From the NCBI RefSeq assembly GCF_964204645.1, contig NC_134025.1, positions 14,570,001-14,634,000 of the forward strand: a stretch of DNA of 64,000 nucleotides, read 5' to 3'. This stretch comes from Tubulanus polymorphus. Taxonomy: Eukaryota > Animalia > Nemertea. This document shows, one piece after another, positions 50,968 through 61,580 of the stretch (position 1 is the first letter of the stretch; every line of letters begins with the position of its first letter). Under the pieces are notes generated by a model. That model worked only from the letters and a program-made list of their open reading frames with translations. It was not told the DNA's origin and did not search any database. Both the position numbers and the translations under genes were made by a program.

Positions 50968-52249
50968 ATTATTATTATTATTTTTTTTCCACACTTTTGT
51001 CGTCAAAAGTACATAGGCTTTTTTACATTACCGCTGTTGCCGATACAATCCGTCTGATATCATTCAGCTCACTTCAATCTACAAATACTCCGTGCGAATT
51101 TTGAAGAATCAACGTTACAAAAGCACTGTCGGGTCGTAAACATCGAAAATTGAGCCCCATTCAAAGAGCCGACATGTTTTTCTAAGTCGTCTTTCCGAAA
51201 TCTACCGCACGTTTCTTGTCACGTCGATTATCAATTCAAGCATAAATTAACAAATTTATTACCCAAAGATTGCACATTCTGTCGCGGTTTTTAAAAACTA
51301 ATTTTAACAATAGCCCAATTTCCTCATCAAATCATATTACCGATAAACTGGAAATTTACTACTTTAGATTTTAAAAGCACTGTCGAGCCGTAAACATCGA
51401 CAAATCGACGTGTGTCACTACATCGTCGTTCCGGGGATCAGCTGCGGGTTTCTCCTCATCATGAGAATCAAATCGAGTGCAAATTAATTTATAACTACCA
51501 GTGATTTGGCTGCGGGCGTCAAGCAGTTAGTTTAGCAATACGTATTTTTCTTTACCAAATTAACCGTGTATTTACTAAGATAAATCATAAGTGTACCGGG
51601 GAGTCGTAGGCCTAAACTAAACACGCCGAAGAGATATAGCGGAGAAAAGCTGTTATGTCGACGAGGTATCAAAATAAAACTTTATTCGGCCGCGGGCCAT
51701 TATGAGTTTTCCGGTTTGCTCGGCTACCCGTACTGGCGGGGTAGTCTAGATAGGCAAATGAAAGCTCCGGTTTGCTGAACTACCCCTCTTTGCGGGGATG
51801 CGGTATGATGTTTGATCTGACAGTTTCAAGTGGTTAATGGGTGTTTCAAGTGCTTACAACGATGCTTATTACTTAATGTGGTACATGGTGGTTTAAAAAA
51901 AGATTTCATAATAATACGCTCAAAGTATAGGCCTACCGCGTGGGCTTCGTAGAAAGACCACTGCCTGTGGCCTTCCCAAATTTTAATTGTTCTGTCCGAT
52001 TTGGTTTCGTCCAATCGAAAGACTGCCTTAGGTTAGGGCATTTTGGATCACATCACTCAGGAAATGACTTACGCTTTTGGGCCCTTTCGTCGGTCCCACG
52101 TGTTTCATTTGAGCTATAGACCACAATGGTGACACCATGATGGTCAGAAACTGACCAATTGAGATATTCCCGAGTCTGAACACCTGACTGCGAATTGCTG
52201 AAATTTATCAATTCATGTTTGTTTTCAAACTACCGAGGTATCATCATTG

Positions 52250-52645
52250 CAAATTCATAAATTGACCATCACTGACCACCACTGACCAATTCAAACTTCT
52301 CGAATATGAGTTCGATATACCGCGTTATAGTATCAAACTAGAAAGGATTCGCCATAAATATTGAGAATTCATAAATTGACCATCACTGACCACCACTGAC
52401 CAATTCAAACTTCTCGAATATGAGAACGATATACCGCGTTATGGTTGTCAAACTAGAAACGATTCGCCATTGAAAATTCATGAATTGACCATCACTGACC
52501 ACCAATGACCAATTGAAACTTCTCGAATGTAAGAAAGATATACCGGTACCGCATTTGGTGTGAAACTAGAAAGCATTCCCCATTCGAATTCATAAATTGA
52601 CCATCACTGACCACCACTGCCCAAGTGAAACTTCTCGAATATCGT
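52250..52645. repeat. ~110-bp tandem repeat, 4 copies
   Basis: aattcataaattgaccatcactgaccaccactgaccaattcaaacttctcgaata at ~52252, 52366, 52475 and 52587. Confidence 0.85.
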
Positions 52646-54008
52646 CGAATTCGAAAGTGGTTGTCGTCGTATTGTTATTTCTAGAGACCAGCAGTATGTT
52701 TTGCTACTGTTTCTGAATGGCGTTGACATGATGGAAATATATTACTCCTAAATAGGTTACACATCTGGATCACAGCACCTCACTTGCCGCAGTGCGTTAT
52801 TTTGACTGCATAGTAATGCTAATACATAACCTTTTTTACTACTTGACTCAAAGCTTGACGCGAATCATCTGAACAGTACTGCGTTTGAAAACGAATAGAA
52901 AATGTTTGCGAGAAGCACCTGCAAATAAGTTATGATAAGATGAAATCTATGGTTAATCGATGCTTAAAAAAACAATTAAATCACAGGCAAGATGACTAAC
53001 TAACGCGATGCCAATTAATTAAATCATTAAACGCATTAGGCTCCTAATATTTGTAATCATTTGTCGTTCTTTAAACTTGGCCACTTTTGTTTCAGAAAAC
53101 TGCGTACTAGACCAGTGGTCACCAAGGCATTAAAAAAGTTTTGAAAATTCGATGGTAACGATTTGTCCGTCAAAAAACTGTTTCGTTAATATTTCGAGTT
53201 TTTTTTAACTCTTGTACAGAATTCACTATATGAAAAGTATTCATAGGAATTGAAATTCGGTGTGATATCAGTCACCTGTTACCCCTTTTTCATTGTCAGT
53301 TCTTTATTGCACTATCATGCGCTCTTCTAAAATAGAAAAGAACATGTGTGTTTCGTTATAAACAAGGTTAAATTCCAAACGCACATGAAATATCACACAA
53401 TATACACATCTAGCATTTTCTCTAACTAGGCCCTTTCCAAATGGCAATTGTTTAGTTTTTTAACGGCCGACATTCAGAAGCACCTAAAAACCAGTGGTAG
53501 CGCTTGAGATTTTCAGTGTAGGCCACATCTCACATCGACTCGGCTCGCAGTCGGTTCGTTTAATGGGAACACATCTGGTTGACACTAGTTTCACAGTTGA
53601 CGAAATCAGAAAACTTTTTTCAAATGCCTTTGATAACATCTTAAACATAGTATTCTTCTTAATTACATTTCGTTGATTCCATAGATATGTTTTTATGAAA
53701 ATTGCTCCAGTTATAACGGATTCAAACATACATGTGAAATCATTATTTTCAAAATATTCAATTTTCTCCGCTTTTGAAGAAATTCTGACACAACATCATC
53801 TCCACTCGACACCTGATTTTACTTTGGCGCCTTTAAGGGAGTGTCCCATAAAGTTGAGTTCTTACTTAGTCAAACAAGGAGATATGCCTGATTCCTTTTT
53901 AAAATTTAGATTTCGACAGATATCATCAAATTACTAGAAAGGGACAGCAGCGTTCGGTCATCCACGAAAAATACCTAAAATGCAGGCCTAGGGTTATGGA
54001 AAAACAGG

Positions 54009-55052
54009 GATTCAAGTCCAGTATAGCGTGGAATAGTTCCCCGCTCAAATATACATTTTTAGAAAAGGAGTAATTCGGCTACGTACTTTTCAAGACAAAC
54101 CGACATACCGACAAACCGACAAACCGACAAACCGACGAACCGACGAACCGACAAACCGACATACTCGTATTCCCTCGATCCAGCCACGGGTAATCCACGG
54201 AAAAACCCTGTCCCTCGATCCTAGCCACATTATATAAGGGTAATCCACAGAACCACGCAGCCCCTCGATCGCCACATTATATAAGGGTAATCCACGCAAC
54301 CACGCAGCCTCTCGATCCCAGCCACTTTATATAAGGGTAATCCACGCAACCACGCAGCCCCTCGATCCTAGCCACTTTATATGAGGGAAATCGGCGGGTA
54401 ATCCACGCATATACCCAGCCCCTCGATCCTAGCCACTTTATATGAGGGTAATCGGCGGGTAATCCACGCATGTACCCAGCCCCTCGATCCCAGCCACTTT
54501 ATATAAGGGTAATTCATGCACCACACAGCCCCTCGATCCCAGCCAATTTATACAAGGGTAATCCAGGTACATACCCAGCCCCTCGATCCCAGCCACTTAA
54601 CATAAGGGTAATCCACGCATACACGCAGTCCCTCGATCCCAGCCACTTTATATAAGGGTAATCCACGCAAGGATTTGTCGGTTTGCCGGTATGTCGGTTC
54701 GTCGGTATGTCGGTTTGTCGGTATGTCGGTTTGTCGGTATGTCGGTTTGTCGGTATGTCGGTTTGTCGGTTCGTCGGTTTGTCGGTTTGTCGGTATGTCG
54801 GTTTGTCGGTATGTCGGTTTGTCGGTTCGTCGGTTTGTCGGTTCGTCGGTTTGTCGGTTCGTCGGTTCGTCGGTTTGTCGGTTTGTCGGTATGTCGGTTC
54901 GTCGGTTTGTCTGTATGTCGGTATGTTCGCACGTCCCTATGGCGTAATGTCGTAAGATTCAATCAGTCCAATATTGGCGGATTAATTCCAAATACCAGTC
55001 CAATGTGATAAGTCCCTGCTGGAACTATTTAATGCTATAATGGACTTGAGCC
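54009..55052. mobile_element. Non-autonomous foldback-like DNA transposon with 8-bp TSD
   Basis: Imperfect ~32-bp TIRs (gattcaagtccagtatagcgtggaatagttcc / ggaactatttaatgctataatggacttgagcc); TSD aaaacagg at 54001-54008 and 55053-55060. Confidence 0.75.
54092..54925. repeat. Inverted 8-bp minisatellites flanking a ~60-bp tandem array
   Basis: (accgacaa)n at 54092-54163; ccctcgatcccagccactttatataagggtaatccacg units at 54170-54670; (tgtcggtt)n at 54674-54925. Confidence 0.9.
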
Positions 55053-55299
55053 AAAACAGGACACGAAACATACATAAAAATCCTTTGTTTGGTTGACTGA
55101 AATTATTATTGAACTCTTAAATAGCGACATTCAGAGAAACAAAAACATAAGAATATAATCTCGCCCACCCGTTAAAAAACATAACGTAATGATATGAGGC
55201 CATGTGTCATCTTTAATTGAAATCACATTATATTCATTCTCATGCGAGGATGGGTCTCCAAATTCATAGGATAAGGAGAATAATGGGTTTGAATGATGA

Positions 55300-55540
55300 A
55301 TACAACTGATAAAGCGCCAATTTCACTGATTCTTGCATATAAATGCTCAAAGGCGCTTTACAGTAATCGAGTAAACTGGTGCGTTTTTAGGAGTCTTTTG
55401 AATTTGAATTCAAATCGGGTGTTCATGACGACTATAATTGAGCATTCTAGGGCTGGAGCAAGAAACGTGTGGGATCGTCCGCCAAGGTATCGCTAAGGAG
55501 TCAGTCCGTGGTGGCTTTTGAAAGCGACGACCGCATATGA
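55300..55540 (-). mobile_element. Degenerate 3' end of an L2/CR1-clade LINE
   Basis: Minus strand reads LGGRSHTFLAPAL..FKRLLKTHQF followed by tgtaaagcgcctttgagca..ggcgcttta, resembling L2 RT C-termini and 3' stem-loops. Confidence 0.5.
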
Positions 55541-57337
55541 ATGCATTGATTGAATGACATCTCAAAAGTCAGATTATATAAAATTAAACATGATATACGG
55601 ATAGCTTCTTCCAATTAGGCCTATACTGGTAAAAATGAAATGACCAAATATGTGATATAGTTCAATCAAAAAGTAGAAAGTGAATCCGTAATTCAGTATG
55701 GTAGGCCTATTGTTACAACATCAAACACTCAAATTCAATCCTTTGTTAAATTAGTAGCCAGTGTAGATGAGCAAGTATCGCGGTCCCTGATTTTAGTTAT
55801 CGTAATAATTCAAGCCACGCGATGTTGAACTGTTCAACAAGTTGGAGTTTGTGTAAAGATGAATGAGTTTGAAATGGAGTGGACTTCAGATATTACTGTT
55901 TGCATGCCTATGTCTATTACTTAATCTTTTTACTAATCATAGAAAATTTTGGTAAAATATTTGCCTCGACGGTTGGTTTTAGATTGTATCTCTCCAAGCC
56001 AGAGGTAATCACGGATATCGGACTACAAAAAAATTCCTTGTGTAAAGCTCAACTTCGTAAATTCCTGGAAAAGCTCGCCTCGGATATTTCAATAATGATT
56101 AAACATTAATTTTCCCAACGAAAAACCTAAACAACCAATGTACGCTTGCTTTAAGTTTACCAATGCACTATCGTTGCTTTTTCTAGCTATTTGTACTGTT
56201 TGCCGCAAAAAGATTGCATCCTCTATTACAGGATTTAAGGATACAACTCTAAAACCATTTAGTTTAAATTAACCATTATACAATATGATAGGCTACATGA
56301 CCAAATACACTGTTAATATGAAAAAGATCAACTATGTACACATTTCAAATCTCAAACCAAGTTTTATCATTAGAAAATTACGACACAACGTTCGATCGTT
56401 CACTAGAGACCATCTTTTTGAATTTGTACACAGTGAATTTTCGTATCGTATTATGGTATTATCAATTCTCCGCATTTGAGTGTGACTATTCTACAAATAC
56501 AAAGTTATTTTTAGCAATGAAGTTTTAATTGTCATTTTAAATGTTAACTATCCACTGGTATGTAAACTTACTAACTTTTGGCAACTGACCTCAAATCGTG
56601 GAATGGGCTCAGGTAGCCTGCTGATCCACTCTTTATTAATACTACTAAAGAAATATTCAGTATAAGAAGTAAAAAGTATATTAAAGTACTATTTATCTTT
56701 ATATCGCAATAATTTGTGTACGTATCATTGAAAAACGATATTCTATGGAGTCTCATGTTACGTGCTTATGATTATTGTGTATAAGATCAATAATTAGCAA
56801 CCTTCCACGGATACGAAGCGGCCTATGTTTACATCCTACCATAATTTTCTCTAAACTCTCAGCATTATATCAAGATCGGTCTTAGAAAATATATGAAGGA
56901 CGTGTTCACAGGTTAACGAGGCCAAAAATCTTCCTCAAAATTTCAAATTTTTACGAGCAAAGATGATATACTTCATGCTTTTGGTGCAGAAATAATGGAT
57001 GTCCACAAATTGCAAATTGTGTTTTCAAAGTAAACGATCCGAGTGTGGAATTGTTTCGAATTCAGGGTTCTCCCATTTACTCTCCGGTATTTTACAATGT
57101 TTCAATAAGATACGTAAGTCGCACTTTTGTTGTGATACAGCTTTCTCTATTGGTCAGCGTTGTGATCACTTAAAATTACCCATAAGTTTGAATTCTCACT
57201 GAACTACTACATCCCTTATAACGAATATATATATTTCATATGAGGCGATTAACTTTGATGATCTGTGGTCAGTGGTCAGCAGTTACGAAACATTCAAAAC
57301 TACTACATTATCTTCCATCTATTCATTATTCATATAT

Positions 57338-57405
57338 ATGATATGATATGATATATGATATGATATGATATGATATGATATGATATGATATGATATGATA
57401 TGATA
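57338..57405. repeat. (ATATG)n microsatellite
   Basis: About 13 pentamer units. Confidence 0.95.
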
Positions 57406-57779
57406 TAATATCTCCTTTAGTGTTCAGTTAAAACGTCTTGAACGCAAAAGTTTGACAAGTTTCGCATACTGGTACCGATACGCACGTTCACACTAGTGAA
57501 ATGTGCACGTTACAGGCTCAAATGCGCACGTTACAATTACAAATCGAAACGTTGTTCGTTCAAAACCCGATGTGAAAATCATTTGCATTTAGTGGAATTT
57601 CAGAGTTAGCTCGCTTCCTACAATAAAAAATGGACAAGACTTTTAAAACGACACATTTAATAAGAGTAGTACTGACGAAGGATTCAGGCAATACCCCGTG
57701 TTATTTCTAAAAACATTTAACCGGTAATTAGACAGTACTGGTGTAGCTTGTACAGGTAAAAGAGTTGTTATATTTACGT

Positions 57780-58350
57780 TCAGACCGAATGAAATTATTT
57801 GATACGAGACACGACTAAGTTGTGTCCGAAACAGATAAATATAGCTATGTGGTCAGTATTGGTCAAGATTTGGTCACTTGAATAGTTGTTAGATGAAAGC
57901 CCACACCATTTCTAATTATTTGACACCAAACACGACTGAGTTGCTTCTAGAATAAACAAATTACTTTAAGGTCAGTATTGGTAAAATATTGGTCAGTTAA
58001 ATAGTTGTTAGATCATAGCCCGCACCGTATCTAGTAGCTCGACGCCCAAACACGATTTTATTGCTTTACTAAACATATAAATTACTTATGGTGGGTTCTA
58101 GTTAGTGGTAACTGGTCAGTAATGGTCAAGCATTGGTCAGTTAAACAATTTTTAGTTTAATGTCCAAATTATATCTAGTTATTTGACACCAAACAACTTA
58201 ATTGTTTGCAAAACAGATGATTTACTATATAGCCAGGACTGGTCATGCATTGGTCAGTTGATAGACCAAGGTCCACGCCACGAGTTATTTGATACTAAAC
58301 ATGATTGTGTCGTTTCCGAAAATTTATCTGTTGGGCAATTTGTGGTCAGC
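57780..58350. repeat. Degenerate ~120-bp tandem repeats (tggtcagtattggtca / ttatttgacaccaaaca)
   Basis: Recurring motifs at ~57800, 57918, 58040, 58180 and 58285. Confidence 0.6.
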
Positions 58351-59029
58351 CCTGGTTCGTTGGTTCTTATTTTGCGGGCATTTTATCTCGAACCACCGAA
58401 AGACTGAATTACTAATTAATTCAACAGATCATTAATTAATGGAAATGAAGATCAGTGTTAACTAAGTCCTTAGTCTGAATAATATGTATGTGGTATTATA
58501 TGGGTGCTATGGTGCTGTACACCGAACTGTAACTTTTTATTTTCACTACTACCGTAATTGACTATGATGTTTTCAAGTGGTCTTAAGTACCGCTAATAGC
58601 CGAAAGTCGTTGATTTATGTGAAATTTACATACAGCGCCACCCGTTGATAGTAAAACTAACCCGAGCAATACGGGTGTTAAATAGATACGCTAGCAAACC
58701 GGCATTCTCATAATGATCAACCTCTATATCAAAACCATCAATACTCTATATTTCCTACAGTACATACCGATCATTGTCAAATCCACAAGGTATTTACTAA
58801 ATACAAGTATATAACACACTCCTATCCGTATGCTGGACTAACACTTGACATTCGGAGTAAGCGTTCGCTGTGGGGGAAAGGAGATCGTTCGCTGTGTCGC
58901 TTGAAGTGTTTATCGAATTTTACGCGACCTTAAGGCTTTAGTATGGTGGCTGATAAGATAAAAAAACACGAATATGCAAATGAGGGCGACATTATGACAA
59001 AACGACAAAACAAATAACGCGAGAAAACA

Positions 59030-61580
59030 ATTCACCATTTTGGTTTTGTCGCCCGCGACAATTCACCATTTTGGTTTTGTCGCCTGGATAATTCACCATT
59101 TTGGTTTTGTCACCCGCGACAATTCATTATTTTGGTTTTGTCGCCCAAACAATTCTTTTTTTGGTTTTGTCGCCCAAACAATTCTTTTTTTGGTTTTGTC
59201 GCCCGCGACAATTCAATATTTTGGTTTTATCGCCCACGACAATTCATTACTTTGGTTTTATCTCCAGCGACAATTTATTATTTTGGTTTTGTCGCCCCGA
59301 CAATTCTCTTTTTGGTTTTGTCGTCCGCGACGATTCATTAGTTTGGTTTTGTCGCCCGCGACAATTCAATATTTTGGTTTTATCGCCCACGACAATTCAT
59401 TACTTTGGTTTTATCTCCAGCGACAATTTATTATTTTGGTTTTGTCGCCCGCCACAATTCTTCTTTTTGGTTTTGACGCATGCGACAATTCAATATTTTG
59501 GTTTTATCACCCGCGACAATTCATTATTTTGGTTTTATCGCTTGCGACAATTCATTAGTTTTGTTTTGTCGCCCGCGACAATTCAATATTTTGGTTTTGT
59601 CGCCCGCGAAAATTCAATATTTTGGTTTTATCGCCCACAACAATTCATTACTTTGGTTTTATCGCCAGCGACGATTCATTATTTATTTTTTGGTTTTGTC
59701 GCCTGCGACAATTCTTCTTTTTGGTTTTGTCGCCCGCGACAATTCATTATTTTGGATTTATATTTTGTTTTTGTTGCCCGCGACAATTTTCTTTTTTGGT
59801 TTTGTCGCCCGCGACAATTCACCATTTTGGTTTTGTCGCCTGGATAATTCACCATTTTGGTTTTGTCACCCGCGACAATTCATTATTTTGGTTTTGTCGC
59901 CCCGACAATTCTTTTTTTGGTTTTGTCGCCCGCGACGATTCATTAGTTTGGTTTTGTCGCCCGCGACAATTCAATATTTTGGTTTTATCGCCCACGACAA
60001 TTCATTACTTTGGTTTTATCTCCAGCGACTATTTATCATTTTGGTTATGTCGCCTGCCACAATTCTTCTTTTTGGTTTTGTCGCCCGCCACAATTCTTCT
60101 TTTTGGTTTTGTCGCCCGCGAAAATTCAATATTTTGGTTTTATCGCCCACGACAATTCATTACTTTGGTTTTATCGCCAGCGACAATTCATTATTTTGGT
60201 TTTTTGCCCGCAACAATTCTTCTTTTTGGTTTTGTCGCCCGCGACAATACATTATTTTCGTTTTATATATTGTTTTTGTCGCCCGCGACAATTTTCTTTT
60301 TTGGTTTTGTCGCCCGCGACAATTCAATATTTTGGTTTTATCGCCCGCGACAATTCAATATTTTGGTTTTATCGCCCGCGATAATTCATTATTTTGGTTT
60401 TGTCGCCTGAGACGATTCATTATTTTGGTTTTATCGCCCGCGACAATTCATTATTACGGTTTTATCGCCCGCGACAATTCATTATTTTGGTTTTGTCACC
60501 CGCGAAAATTCACCATTTCGGTTTTGTCGCCAGCGACAATTCATTATTTTGGTTCTGTCGCCCCGAGAATCCTTTTTTTGGTTTTGTTGACCGCGACAAT
60601 TCATTAGTTTGGTTTTATCGCCCGTGACAATTCAATATTTGGTTTTGTCGCCCGAGACAATTCACCATTTTGGTTTTGTCGCCCGCGACAATTCATTATT
60701 TTGGTTTTATCGCCCGCGACAATTCATTATTTTGGTTTTATGGCCCGCGACAATTCAATATTTTGGTTTCGTCGCCCGCGACAATTCATTAGTTTGGTTT
60801 TGTCGCCCGCGACAATTCAATATTTTGGTTTTGTCGCCCGCGACAATTCATTATTTTGGTTTTTGTCGCCCGCGACAATTCAATATTTTGGTTTTATCGC
60901 CCGCGATAATTCATCATTTTGGTTTTGTCGCCTGGACAATTCACCATTTTGGTTTTGTCGCCCGCGACAATTCATTATTTTGGTTTTGTCGCCCCGACAA
61001 TTCTTTTTTTGGTTTTGTCGCCCCGACAATTCTTTTTTTGGTTTTGTCGCCCGCGACAATTCAATATTTTGGTTTTATCGCCCACGACAATTCATTACTT
61101 TGGTATTATCTCCAGCGACAATTCATCATTTTGGTTTTGTCGCCCGTGACAATTCTTCTTTTTGGTTTTGACGCCCGCAACAATTCATTATTTTGGTTTT
61201 ATATTTTGTTTTTGTCGCCCGCGACAATTTTTTTTTGGTTTTATCGCCCGCGACAATTCAATATCTTGGTTTTGTCGCCCGCGATAATTCATTATTTTGG
61301 TTTTGTCGCCCGCGACAATTCACCATTTTGGTTTTGTCGCCCGCGACAATTCATTATTCTGGTTTTATCGCCCGAGACAATTCATTATTTTGGTTTTATC
61401 GCCCGCGACAATTCATTATTTTGGTTTTATCACCCGCGACAATTCAGTATTTTGGTTTTGTCGCCCGCGACAATTCACCATATTGGTTTTGTCGCCTGGA
61501 CATATCGCCATTTTGGTTTTGTCGCCCGCGACAATTCATTAGTTTGGTTTTGACGCCTGCGACAATTCAATATTTTGGTT
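59030..61580 (+). repeat. 31-bp satellite array, ends at Polinton copy 3
   Basis: Tandem monomers with array-specific variants (cctggata, cccaaaca). Confidence 0.97.

Larger units (their letters stand above)
50968..61580 (+). mobile_element. Diverged HINE-like body interrupted by a ~7-kb block (51697-58719)
   Basis: 50990-51696 is homologous to 19745-20460; homology resumes at 58720 (acctctatatc, cf. 20461) and leads into satellite. Confidence 0.7.

Noticed and set aside
51700-51810. Duplicated tccggtttgct..ctaccc..gcgggg motif as a possible ncRNA/SINE
   Set aside because: No A/B boxes or recognisable RNA family; insufficient evidence.
54090-55008. ORFs with VCRFVGLS / TDKPTNRR repeats
   Set aside because: Translation of 8-bp and ~60-bp minisatellites.
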